From Prasinococcaceae sp. CCMP 1430 (taxonomy: Eukaryota; Plantae; Prasinodermophyta), in assembly GCA_013416795.1 (NCBI GenBank), contig RQSC01000028.1, forward strand, positions 1,038,219-1,102,218: DNA of 64,000 nucleotides, in the 5' to 3' direction. Positions 12,089-22,586 of the stretch are shown here, in pieces. A program made the position numbers and the translations under genes. The stretch's first letter is position 1; each line of letters opens with the position of its first letter. The notes below the pieces were generated by a model. It made no database searches, was not told the origin of the DNA, and saw only the letters and a program-made list of their open reading frames with translations.

Positions 12089-12970
12089 TCACTTCGCCGC
12101 CTTGCTGCTGGCCACCTGCGCCTCCTTCCTGGCGAGGTATGTAGGATTCTCCTACGCACGCGAGGATGGATGCAGCGGTGCGGAGAGCGCGTCAGCCAAA
12201 CGCCTGCTCGTCTTGGCAAACACAGCGGCGAGCGAACGCACGGCGACATCCCCAAGACGGGGATGCGCGAGCGCGCTCGAGCACGCACCTCGATGTCGTC
12301 GTCGCCTGGGAGCATGGGAGTATTTGCTGTGATGGCAGCCTCAAGGGCGGGTGTGTTGGCGCTGCGGATGGTCGCGTTGAGCCGGCCGTTGCGGTACACC
12401 AGGAAGGTGGGCTCTGAGCGCCCCTTGAACTCCTCGAGCATCTGCAAGCGCAAGCGAGCGCCAAGCGCGTGCGGCCGCGTCGGATCGTCGCCACGTGAGT
12501 GGGAGCGCGCAGGTATGGATGGGTCAGCCCACGGCACGCAGCCGTGCCCGTGCGCCCCGCGTATGCCCGCGCGCGCACTGGTACGGACGCAAGCGCGCGC
12601 ACCATGCACGCACGAACACGCACGCACGCATGCGCACACGTCCTCGCCCTCTCTTCACCACACTCATCTGCACACCGCCTACCGCTTCTGGCTCGGCGCG
12701 GTCGCTCCCTGCGGACACGAGTATACACACGCGCCGCACTGGCCAGCCGATTCGCACCTCGACGCTGTCGGAGAGGGCCGTGATAAAGGTGAGCGGGCGG
12801 TCCTCGAGATCTGTAATGAGCCTCCGGAACAACGGTAGCACCGACTGACACGGCCCGCACCACGCGGAGTAGGCCTCAACGACCTTGCAGCCAGTGCTGC
12901 AGAGCTGTGCGTGGTACTCCTCGCTGTCAGAAATCACCAGCGGGTTCCAGACGTCCGCCTTTGGCGGCAT
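12089..12970 (-). CDS. Thioredoxin-like outer-arm dynein light chain (LC5/DLX2-like)
   Basis: Exons 12970-12758, 12441-12289 and 12151-12089. Active site WCGPC, followed by LEDRPLTF and EPTFLVYRNG, as in flagellar LC5/NME8-type thioredoxins. Confidence 0.75.
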
Positions 12971-14198
12971 CGCGGCGTGCTGGGTCGGGCTCACTCCTGC
13001 TCTGCGGCGGCGACGGCGCGCAGCCGCTGCGCGCTGTGGCGCGCGGCACAGAGCGCCGCCCCGTCCCGGCCTGGCGCCTACCACCCCCTTCGCATGCAGG
13101 CCCGCCTCAACCGGCCGAACTGCCGCCCGATGACCAGCCGCGCTGCGCCACACCTGCTGCGGACGGGCACTCGAGGTCCCCACGCGCGTGCCCGCTGCAT
13201 GCTGCGGGGGGGCTCCCCTCGCCTGGGCGGGCAGCGCCGGCCGAACGCGGGGAACGGGCGGCGCGCACTCAAAGCAGATTGGGGTCAACTCAGGAAACCA
13301 GATGTTCGGAGCCGCTCGCGCCCGCCCGTCCGACCCACCCAACGCATTTGGAGCAACCTTTGATCGAGCCCCGTCTCCCCGGGGGCGCCCCGCTGATGTT
13401 CGACGAACCCCCTATCTATCGTGCGCTTGTGCCATCGATCGATCGATCGTCCGCATCGTCGTGCAAGCACCACACCAACCATCCTCGTCGTCGGTCGGTG
13501 CGACCGGACGGGTGTCGGGGTGGTGATGTCTGTCTCATCGATCTGGAAGCGGACCGGGACCGAGGGTGGAATGCGCCTTTCCTGCCTGGCTCGCAGCCGC
13601 AGGCGGGGGGGTGCGCAAGGAGCCGCAGAGAGCCCTGGCTGCTTGGTTGCGCATTGGGCTTGGCGGGGGACACCTCGCTCGGCCTCATGCGTGCTGACTG
13701 ACTTCTGACTGAGCTTTTGATGGCGCCCGTTCCCGCGACGCAGCGGGCGATGGTTGACCGGCCCGGGCGGGCGCGCGCCGATCGCCGGGCGGGGCCGTCG
13801 GAGTGCGTTTTGACCTGCGCTGCAGCCGCCGCGAAAAAGGTGGGCGCCGGGCTCTCCCTTTTTTTTCTTTTTTTTTTTTAACGGCGCGCGTTCGAAACCG
13901 AAACCGCGGGCGGGCGTCGTTTGCGCGCGTGCGGTTTGGTGTGCGCGCCGCTGGGTGGCGTTTTTTCTCGCTTTTTTTTTTTGCCGCGGGGCGGGCGGAC
14001 CAGTCCGATCGGGCACGCGCACGCGCACACGCGCGGCCCCGGTGCTGGCGCCGATGGCGGCGCCAGCGGCGTGGTGCCGCGCACGCGGAGGTGGCGCACG
14101 ACGATCTATCGATGGAATGAGCGTCGCCGCGCTCGAATTGCCCGTCGTACTGACCCACCGCCCCGCTGACCCTGCCGTACGCCGTGCCCCCCCCGCAG

Positions 14199-15788
14199 GC
14201 GATGCTCAAAGACGGGCACAAGCACCTGAGCGGCCTCGACGAGGCCGTGCTGAAGAACATCGAGGCGTGCAAGCAGCTGAGCGAGATCACGCGCACGTCG
14301 ATGGGCCCCAACGGCATGAACAAAATGGTGATCAATCACCTCGGGAAGCTCTTCGTCACAAACGACTGCCACACGATCATGACCGAGCTCGAGGTCACCC
14401 ATCCGGCCGCGAAGATGCTCGTGCTCGCCGCGCAGTCGCAGCAGGCTGAGGTAGGCGACGGCACGAACCTCGTGATTACGCTCGCCGGCGAGCTACTCGC
14501 GCAGGCGGAGGAGCTGCTCAAGGACGGCTTGCACACGAGCGAGGTCATCGAGGGCTACAACAAGGCCAACGCCATGGCGCTTGAGCACCTCGAGTCTCTC
14601 GTGCTGCCGGGCTCGGACAAGGTGGACGTGCGCGACCTCGAGGCCGTCACGAAGCGCCTCAAGTGCACCATCGCCTCCAAGCAGTACGGCTTTGAGGATG
14701 TCCTCGCGCCGCTGGTGGCCAAGGCTTGCATTGCGGTGTGCCCTGAGAACCAGGCCAACTTCAACGTCGACAACGTGCGCGTCGCCAAGATCCTGGGCTC
14801 GTCGCTGTACGACTCGTCGGTGGTGTCGGGCGTCATCGTCCAGCGCCCGACCGAGGGCTCCGTCAATCACCTCAAGGACGTCAAAGTGGCCGTCTTTGGC
14901 CAGGGTGTGGAGGCCTCGAGCACCGAGACCAAGGGCACCGTGCTCATCGAGAGCGCTGAGCAGCTGAAGGGCTACTCGCGCACCGAGGAGGACCAGATGG
15001 AGACCTACATCAAGTCGATCTACGACGCCGGCGCGCGCGTGGTGGTCAGCGGCTCGAGCATCTCCGAAATGGCGCTGCACTTCTTGGAGCGCTACGGGAT
15101 GATGGTCATCAAGATCGTGTCCAAATTCGAGCTGCGCCGCTTCTGCAAGGTCATCGGCGCCTCGTCGGTTGTGAAGGCGGTGCAGCCGCGCCCGGAGGAG
15201 CTTGGCTACGTATCGGCGATCGACGTGGAGGAGATCGGCGGGAGGCGGGTCATCGTCGCGAAGCAGGAGGCGGGCACGGGCGTTACCACTGTGGTGCTGC
15301 GCGCGGCGACCCAAAACATGATGGACGACGTGGAGCGCGCCATCGATGATGGCATCAACACCTACAAGGCGATGTGCAAGGATGCACGCCTCACGGCGGG
15401 CGCGGGCGCACCCGAGATTGAGATTGCTAGCCGTCTCGCCGCCGCCGCCCGCAAGGAAACCGGGCTGGCGCAGTACGCGATTCAAAAGTATGCCACATCG
15501 TTGGAGCTGGTGCCGCGCATCCTGGCGGAGAACTCGGGCGCGGATGCGACAGACGTTGTGAGCCAGCTGTACGCCGGCCACGCCGCGGGAGATCAGAATG
15601 TTGGCGTGGACATCGAGAATGGCTGCGTGGCGGACATGTCCGGCAAGGACGTTGCGGACTTGTACACTGTGAAGCACTGGGCGATGAAGCTGGCGACGGA
15701 CGCCGTCACGACCGTCCTGCGCGTGGATCAGATAATCATGAGCAAGCAGGCCCACGGCTCGAGCAACCAGGACCAGCCGTACAAGTAG
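14199..15788 (+). CDS. CCT8: T-complex protein 1 subunit theta
   Basis: AMLKDGHKHLSGLDEAV, RTSMGPNGMNKMVINHL, GDGTN, TVLRVDQIIMSK. There is a splice acceptor at 14198; a short first exon was not located. Confidence 0.96.
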   Translation, partial: AMLKDGHKHLSGLDEAVLKNIEACKQLSEITRTSMGPNGMNKMVINHLGKLFVTNDCHTIMTELEVTHPAAKMLVLAAQSQQAEVGDGTNLVITLAGELLAQAEELLKDGLHTSEVIEGYNKANAMALEHLESLVLPGSDKVDVRDLEAVTKRLKCTIASKQYGFEDVLAPLVAKACIAVCPENQANFNVDNVRVAKILGSSLYDSSVVSGVIVQRPTEGSVNHLKDVKVAVFGQGVEASSTETKGTVLIESAEQLKGYSRTEEDQMETYIKSIYDAGARVVVSGSSISEMALHFLERYGMMVIKIVSKFELRRFCKVIGASSVVKAVQPRPEELGYVSAIDVEEIGGRRVIVAKQEAGTGVTTVVLRAATQNMMDDVERAIDDGINTYKAMCKDARLTAGAGAPEIEIASRLAAAARKETGLAQYAIQKYATSLELVPRILAENSGADATDVVSQLYAGHAAGDQNVGVDIENGCVADMSGKDVADLYTVKHWAMKLATDAVTTVLRVDQIIMSKQAHGSSNQDQPYK

Positions 15789-15933
15789 GTTGCGACCAGC
15801 AATGCCCCCTCTCCCCATCCGCCCCCCCCCCGCCCCGCCCAACCCTTAATTCAATACTTTTCTTGGTTACATATTGTACTGTACAGTACAAGCGCTCGCA
15901 TCATTCCTCGGCGCTCGAGGCCACCTCTGGGCG

Positions 15934-17988
15934 CTATATGGGGCTCTCCGCGGGCACCATCGCTGCCAGGATGCCCGCCTGCTTGAGCTGCGCACTGAGC
16001 CCTTCATTGCTCCTCTCGAGAGCGTCCATGCGCTCGAAGAGCCCGCACACACACATCTCTATCTTGGCGTCGAGCCTGTCCCGCTCGCGTACTTCGTTGA
16101 CGAGCTTGTCGATCCGGTCCCCGAGCAGCTCGCGTTCGACGTACCAATTCGCGCTCTGCTGCTCCTTCTCATTGAGCTTGGCCTGTGACATGGCCGCCTC
16201 GCTCTCGCGTTCGACGCTCTCCTGCCTCAGACGGGCGCGCAGGTCATCAACGAGCGCGCGTGCTTCCGTACTCATGCCGCCCGTCTTGCGCACCACCTCC
16301 ACGCGCCGCTTGAGCAGCCGGCGATACTCACCGCGGAGCGCCTTGTAGCGGGTAGAGTGCGTCGCACCCTCAGCGAGCGCTTGGCGCAGGCTGTCGCCGA
16401 CCTCACCGCCGGCCTCCGACACGATCGACTCGAGCGCCGCGCTGCGTCGTTGCTGCGACTCGAGCGCTTCCCGTAGCTGTGTGATTGTGGCATCGCGCGA
16501 GCGCAACGCGGCCATCGCGGGCGAATCTGCCAGGACTTCGGGCACCGTCGGCACGTCTGCATCAATGGGCAGAGCCTCGCTCCCGTCCACAGTAGCACCA
16601 GCCCCTGCCCCTTCGCCGCCGCGAGCGAGCCTGAGCTCCTTCTTGAGCTCAACGTTCTTGCGGTAGAGCTTGCGCATAATGCTCTGTGACATGGCCAGGC
16701 GCTCCTGCAGCTGGTGATCCTTCAGATGTACAAGCGAGCCCGCGCTCGCGCCCGCTGAGGCAACAAAGTCACCGACCGCAATCGTCGTGTCGGTCCCCCC
16801 TCTGAGTGCGCTGCCGCTGGCGCGTGCCTCCGACGCGTCCTCCAAGTCCGTCGCGCGCTGCTGCGCCTCGATGCGATTGAGCTCGTCCAGCGCGCTCTGC
16901 ACCTTGTCGCGCAATCGCAGAATCTCTTCACTTGGCGGCTCCGCCTGCTTTTCTTGCCCTTGTACCTGCGGCAGGTGTTGCTGCCCTACCTCAATGGACC
17001 CGTCGAGGCCAGCCCGGGGAGGCGCGGACTGTGCTTCCTCGCCAGCGCGGTACGCCCGCGTGGCGGCCTCGCCGGCGGCGTCTGCAGCAGCGTTGACGCT
17101 GGCGGTGATTGCCTCATGGCGCGCGTGCGCGACGGCGTCGCGCATGGCGACAGCGTGCTGCTGTGCGATCATGGCGCTCTCTGCTTCGAGGCGCGCGTTG
17201 GCTACGCGCAGTACCTCTAGTTCGCGCGCGAGCGCGTCCATCTCTGCGATGGCGCCGTCTCGTTCGCGCGCGACGGCCGCCACAGCCGCCATGGCGTCAC
17301 TTGCGTCGATCAGCGCGGGAGCCTGCTGGGCCACCGCGTCGCTTCTTTCGTCGAGGCTCATAGCATGCTCGAGCGCTCGCCTCGCTGCGTGGCTCGCGCC
17401 ACGCGCGGCGATGGGCCCATTGGCACCGAGCCCCATGGCGCTGGTCATGATGGGCTCTCCGTCTCCGGCTGCCGGTGTGCCCTGTGCGCTTCCTGCCACA
17501 ACCTCGGCGAGAGCGAGCGCGCCCGCGCCATCGCCGTCGTTGAGAAAGCGGTCAATGTGGCCTGGCCGCTGCTTGTAGCCCCAGCGCTCGCCAGCGCGCG
17601 GGCGCGCGTCGCGCGTCGCGGCCGGGGACCCATGCGCCGCGCTGCCGCTGCCAACCCGGCGTGACTTTCCACGCTGCGACGCTGGACGCACCGACACGCC
17701 TGGCGGCGGCGGCGGCGGAAGCGGGCTGCCGCCGTCGCGACCCTCACCCTGCTTTGCGCCCCCCGAGCTGCCCGCAAGGGCCCGCCGCGCTCGCGAAGCG
17801 CCGTGCGGGGAGCTCGCGCCCCTGGGCTGCATTTCGCTGCCCGCGGGGTCCAGCCAGCTCTTGGGTTTGGCCGTGGGCGGCGTGGTCTCAGTCGGGCGTG
17901 GCGAGCGCGACGTCGGCGGTGCTGAGTGCGCCTCGGGCAGCGGCAGGCCACCGCCGCCCGCTCCGCCCGGAGACACACGGCGCACCAT
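15934..17988 (-). CDS. Hypothetical coiled-coil protein (684 aa)
   Basis: Uninterrupted ORF with heptad-rich segments (ERLAMSQSIMRKLYRKNVELKKEL; RDRLDAKIEMCVCGLFERM). Confidence 0.7.
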   Translation of the reverse strand: MVRRVSPGGAGGGGLPLPEAHSAPPTSRSPRPTETTPPTAKPKSWLDPAGSEMQPRGASSPHGASRARRALAGSSGGAKQGEGRDGGSPLPPPPPPGVSVRPASQRGKSRRVGSGSAAHGSPAATRDARPRAGERWGYKQRPGHIDRFLNDGDGAGALALAEVVAGSAQGTPAAGDGEPIMTSAMGLGANGPIAARGASHAARRALEHAMSLDERSDAVAQQAPALIDASDAMAAVAAVARERDGAIAEMDALARELEVLRVANARLEAESAMIAQQHAVAMRDAVAHARHEAITASVNAAADAAGEAATRAYRAGEEAQSAPPRAGLDGSIEVGQQHLPQVQGQEKQAEPPSEEILRLRDKVQSALDELNRIEAQQRATDLEDASEARASGSALRGGTDTTIAVGDFVASAGASAGSLVHLKDHQLQERLAMSQSIMRKLYRKNVELKKELRLARGGEGAGAGATVDGSEALPIDADVPTVPEVLADSPAMAALRSRDATITQLREALESQQRRSAALESIVSEAGGEVGDSLRQALAEGATHSTRYKALRGEYRRLLKRRVEVVRKTGGMSTEARALVDDLRARLRQESVERESEAAMSQAKLNEKEQQSANWYVERELLGDRIDKLVNEVRERDRLDAKIEMCVCGLFERMDALERSNEGLSAQLKQAGILAAMVPAESPI

Positions 17989-18301
17989 GCCCGCCCCCGC
18001 CTAGTCACCCCACCCCCACCCCCCAACCCCAGCCCTTCCCGGCGACAAGCGGCGGCAATCGCCCCGCTCAAGAGCGCGCCGTGTGCGGCGCGCGCCCGCC
18101 TCTGGCAGCTCCTCCCACTTCGGACCTCCCAACCAGGGGGCGCGTTCCCCAGCCGACCGACCGCGCCCCGCGCGCGAGTCCCGACAAACAGCGAGTCGCT
18201 GATCAGCTGAATAGCTGGTCACGGCCGGGCAAACCACTTCTGAGACCCTGTGCGCGCGCGTTTCGCCTGCTGCGCTGCGGCGTGCGTTCCCCGAACGGCC
18301 G

Positions 18302-18876
18302 AGCGCGCCCCGAGCGTTCGACTCGAGCACTGCGTGGCTCGGCCAACGCAAGTGCTGGCATGGCATCGCCATCGAGCCCACGAACAACGAATACCCCAAG
18401 CTCAAGCGCCAGCGCCTCGATGCGACGACCGTGCACGGCGCCGTCTGCGAGCATGACAACACCGCCGTGCTCAACGACATCACCCTCAACGGCCTGTGGA
18501 CTGGGTGGTCGGGATTCGATTCTTCTAAAACGAGCATAATAAGGACAAGATCGAGGACATGCTCTCACGAGAGCAGGCCGGATGGGAAAGCACGTACTTG
18601 GAAGTGCAGTGCTACAGGTTGGACACGTTGTTTTCTAAGCATGGCATCACTCGCGTGGACTTCCTAGCGCTCTCCACAGAAGGCCATGAGATGGTCGCGT
18701 TGCAGAGCATCAAGTGGGACGCTGTGGAGATCTACCTCATCATGGTGACTGTCAACGAACACACCGCGGACAGCATTGACGCCTTCCTGCGCTCCAAGGG
18801 CTTCGAGCACAAGGCGCTGGGCATGGATGGAAGGGACCGCATGTACGTGTCGCATGCTGTGCCGGCCGAGCCGTAA
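18302..18876 (+). pseudogene. FkbM-family methyltransferase-like sequence, frameshifted and apparently truncated at the 5' end
   Basis: SSTAWLGQRKCWHGIAIEP...AVCEHD...GWSGF lies in one frame and VQCYRLDTLFSKHGITRVDFLALSTEGHEM...IKWD in another. The shift is near the A-run at 18527-18530. In-frame stops lie upstream and no E.GA.DG motif I was found. Confidence 0.55.
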
Positions 18877-19058
18877 GCAAGCCGGTCGTCCGAGGCTTCG
18901 GCAGGCGATCGCTTCCGCACTCCTCTCTTCCTCGCGCCTGCGCAGCAGCGGCAAAAGCCTCGCGCGACAGAGCCTATCTAATCACCAGTATTAACACTGC
19001 AGGGTGTGCCATGAAGGGGCCATGAAGGGGAAGAGGGGATTTGGGAAAGGGTTGGCAC

Positions 19059-19960
19059 TCAGAGCGCCTTGCCCGCCACCGCAGCCTCCTCCCGCAACGC
19101 CTCGAGCATCTGCTTCTCCTTCGCCCACCGGAAGAGCTCAGCCTGCAAGCGCCCGGCCGCCCAGCCAGCCACGCCGCCGACGGTCAGGCCGATCGTGGCT
19201 CGCCCTGCGCGCATCGCAATGCTCGGCGCCGCGAGCGAGGCATTGGCGAGGCCGACTGCGCTCACACGGGTAGGGCATTTGCGAACGGACACGGCGAGGC
19301 GCGCACGGCATCCACGTGGGTCAGCTCATCGTGGGGGGCTTAGTTCTTTGTTGGGCGCCTGGCTAGCGAGTCTGGCGAAGCGCCGCACGCACCGATGACC
19401 GCTGCTGTGGCGCCCGCTGCCAATGCGTGCGGCTTACTGTCACCACTTTCCCCTCGCGCGGCGCTCGTATCGACGCCGAGCGCGTCAAGCCCGCCGCCAA
19501 AGCGCAGGGCGTCGAACAGGCCTGCGTACGCCAGACTCGCACCGCCGTAGACTGCTGCGCCGCGCACGGCGCGGCTCAACATGAAGGAGAGGCTCTGCAT
19601 TTTGTACCCCGTGAAGAGCCCCTCCGAGAGGGGCTGCTGCTTGACGTGCCCAGCGGTATGACCAGAGCGCGCGGCCGCAACGGCGGCGGCAGCGCGCACG
19701 CGCTCGTTCACCTGCAGCTCGTGGCGGATGCCGCGCACCTCGCGGAAGCCGCCCCAGGCCGCGCCAATGACGGCGCCGAACCCAGCCCCAGCTAGCGCCG
19801 TGTGTGCGACATCTTTCGCGCGCTCGCGCGACCCCTGCGTGACGTGGGGGCGCAGCAAGGCCCCCAACGCATCAAGCGCGCGCCCCTCGGCCTCCTCCTT
19901 CGCGCGCCGCCGCTCCTCTCGCGCGCAGTCATCACCGCCGCCAAGTAGGGGCGCCCCCAT
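19059..19960 (-). CDS. Tim17/Tim22/Tim23/PMP24-like membrane protein
   Basis: Gly-rich transmembrane helices (GAGFGAVIGAAWGG; GAAVYGGASLAYAG; HALAAGATAAVI; GLTVGGVAGW). Intron 19256-19392 restores the frame. Confidence 0.55.
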
Positions 19961-20192
19961 CGCCTGGCGCCGTGCCCCGCGCTCCGCGCCCCGCACGCCG
20001 CGTGCGCCCCGTCCCCTGCAGGCCTTCCTCCCGAGCCCCCGCTCCCCCGCACGCCGTCGCTGGGGTGCGTCGGCAAGCGCAACGCGGCGCGAGGGCGGGC
20101 ACGAGCGCGAGGGCGCGCTGCCCGTGGCGCGTGCTGTTGCGCGCTCGTCGCCACCTGCGCCGCTGGCAGCAGAGGACCCGACTCCCGGCCGT

Positions 20193-20281
20193 GGCTCGTT
20201 GTACCATCCGGATGGTACTGCCCAGCCAGGCAGCGAACCCGGTTCGAGTCGGGCCTGACTATGTAGAATCCCGTCAGACCC
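20193..20281 (-). ncRNA. Candidate structured RNA element (multi-hairpin), family unknown
   Basis: Perfect 18-bp palindrome at 20201-20218 and further stems at 20218-20233, 20193-20239 and 20251-20281. Two mismatches become G-U pairs on the minus strand. Confidence 0.25.
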
Positions 20282-20620
20282 CGGGTGAGCGATCGAACCG
20301 TTGAATGCATTCGCGCCCCGTCAATGCTCGGATTTGACAGGTGGCGACCCTTTGAATTTGACAGACTCTTTGTCTGCCCGAAACGTTTGAGGTGATCTCC
20401 CGTGGCTGAGCGTGACCATAAATGTATTCAGCCTCTGGGCGATTGCGGGGCATCCGCGCGCTTCCCAGCGACAGCGAGTCAGTGCGCGCGCGCAGGGCGC
20501 CGCAGCCTGCCCCCTTCTCCCCCCCCCCCGGCGCGCGTGCGCCGCAGGCGCAGCCTTACCCCTCCACACATCTTTCAACGGTTCCCTCCCGTCTCACGCT
20601 CTCCTGGTGAGCCGCACCTC

Positions 20621-21430
20621 ATGCGCATGCGCAAAAACTCGGACAGCACGTGGGAGACAGTGGGCGGCCCACGCGGTGGCGATGCGCCCGGTTCGCCAGG
20701 GGCGGGGGTGAAGGCCACCGCTGGCAGGCTCACGGCCGACGCGCTGCTTGCGGCGTGCGGCGCGGCGCCAGGATCGCGCCGGTGGCGGGGGGCCATCGCT
20801 GAGTCGTTTGCTGGCGAGGCTGGTGCGGACCACATGATCCAACGAGGCCCCGCGGTCGACGTGCTCGCTCAGGTGGCCGTCGCGACTGCTAACGCGCTCC
20901 GTATGCGTCACCTGCCTTGCCCGCCGGTGCCAACGGACATGGCGCTCGGCGCGAAGTTCGACGCGGCAGCGGCAGCTTCAGTTGCCCATGGCGTCGGACG
21001 CGGGGACCGACTCGATGTGGATGGCTTCGAGAAGCTGTGCGCGTCCGTCGCACGTGAGGTGGCGGCGTCTTCGCTGAGCATGTTTGTGCACCGGCATCGA
21101 TATCCGCTGGCCGCCATCGGTGGCATACTCGCCGTGAGTACCACCAAGAAATTCATCAGGTGCACACCCGCGGTGGGGCCTTTGCTGGGCTTCGTGATGG
21201 GCTTGCTCCCGACTGTGCTCCTTGGGCCACCCGTGGGGTTGGCTGCGCTGTACGCGTCCGAAGGTGCGCAGACTAGGACGCTGCGATGCAGGGCTGGCGC
21301 TGCTCATGGATGCCGCCGGCGCCGTCCACACCATCGCCTCGCAGCTGACGATCCCCTCCCATGCGCCGCCAGGGAACGACCTGCGCCCGCTCGCGCGGAG
21401 AGCATCGCGCGCACTCAGTGCGGCTCATAG
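20621..21430 (+). CDS. Hypothetical membrane protein
   Basis: ATG at 20621. Two C-terminal hydrophobic segments (PLAAIGGILAV; PLLGFVMGLLPTVLLGPPVGLAALY). Possible in-frame intron 21264-21344. Confidence 0.55.
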   Translation: MRMRKNSDSTWETVGGPRGGDAPGSPGAGVKATAGRLTADALLAACGAAPGSRRWRGAIAESFAGEAGADHMIQRGPAVDVLAQVAVATANALRMRHLPCPPVPTDMALGAKFDAAAAASVAHGVGRGDRLDVDGFEKLCASVAREVAASSLSMFVHRHRYPLAAIGGILAVSTTKKFIRCTPAVGPLLGFVMGLLPTVLLGPPVGLAALYASEGAQTRTLRCRAGAAHGCRRRRPHHRLAADDPLPCAARERPAPARAESIARTQCGS

Positions 21431-21607
21431 GCAGTGGGTGTTGGATCACGTCGACGCGTTGGACGATGGCGGTGCCAGCCAACCAAGGGTGACGGAGCCA
21501 GACGACTGAGAGAATTTGGTATGCACCTCCATGTAACTTACAGCGACAAACAAGCTCTCCATTGCGCATGGCGCACACGCACGCGCGCTCTTTCGCGTCC
21601 CGGGTTG

Positions 21608-22092
21608 CTACAACCAATTGGAGAAGTGCGCGACGGCGAGCCCGGCGCTCGCGCCTACGATCCCGCCAAACTGCTCGGAAGCTGCCAGCCGCCGGGACGT
21701 GGCCACAGGCCCGACACCGTCCCCGCCGCTCGGATCGGTCAAGCACGCCGCGCGGACGTAGAGCGCGGTGCACGCCCAGCCGAATGCGGCGCGCTCTGTG
21801 CGCCGTACGCCACGGCCATGAAGACGCTCGCCCAGGTGCTGCCACACTGCCGACCCCCGTCTGCGCTGCACACCGCGCGCACGCCAAACTACTCCCACGC
21901 TTGCCCAGCACCCGTGACCTCCTCTACGCCGCACGCTCTCCCTCTGCCTCCCCTGACGCTGCCTTGATCGCGCCCGCGACCACGTAAGCCGCCGCTGCGG
22001 CTGCGCACGCGCCACCCCACAGCATGCCCTGCATCTTGCCGTAGTGGCGCATGGCCACCCGCACTTGCGCGAGCAAATCTCCGCCAAGGTGG
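21608..22092 (-). CDS. Possible small membrane protein in two exon-like segments
   Basis: Hydrophobic segments MRHYGKMQGMLWGGACAAAAAAYVVAGAIK and EQFGGIVGASAGLAVAHFSNWL*. The splice structure was not resolved. Confidence 0.25.
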
Positions 22093-22586
22093 CTCTGCGA
22101 GGGTGGAGGACGTGGTGGGCGCGAGCTGCACATGGAAACCAGCGCCACTCCCGCTGTCACCGACTGCCGCCCAACCCAACCCACCCAGCCCTCCCTCTCA
22201 CGGCTGCTCTGTCTCTCTAGTAGTGCAGGAGGGTCACGCCGTGCACGTGTTTTTGGCTGGCGCGCAGGGGGGGCAAGTTCGCGCCGAACTGCGTGTGCTG
22301 GGCGCGCGCGTTGTGGCGAGCCGTTTTTTTTTGGAGCGAGCGCCGCTTCGTGCGCCACACCGAGTGCGCGCTGCAAGCGCCGCTTGGAGCGCGGTTGGGG
22401 TGGTCTTGCCAGAAGAGGCACGCAAGACGCGCTGGGTAAGGAGGACCCTGCAGCAGGACCAGTTTATTCTTCATCCGTCCCGCGCTGCACCACGCGCCGC
22501 CGCAGACGCAGCTGAACGCCATGCATACGGGCACGTGTTGGTAGGGAGCGACGGAGAAGGCACGCTCGTTCTGCAACGCAGACGCG

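Noticed and set aside
13400-13720. SRP/RNase MRP-like RNA ending in CTGA...T-run
   Set aside because: No SRP helix-8 or MRP/P P4 consensus could be matched. It is more likely the promoter or leader between LC5 and CCT8.
18467-18534. 68-nt intron that would repair the FkbM frameshift
   Set aside because: It would remove the conserved-looking VLNDITLNGLWTGWSGF segment, and it lacks the local GTRCG donor and a branch site.
20238-20262. tRNA suggested by the GGTTCGAGTC T-loop
   Set aside because: The T-stem is imperfect and there is no matching acceptor stem, D-arm or anticodon arm.
20400-20440. U3 snoRNA suggested by GAGCGTGA (box B-like)
   Set aside because: No box A/A', C or D at the required spacing.
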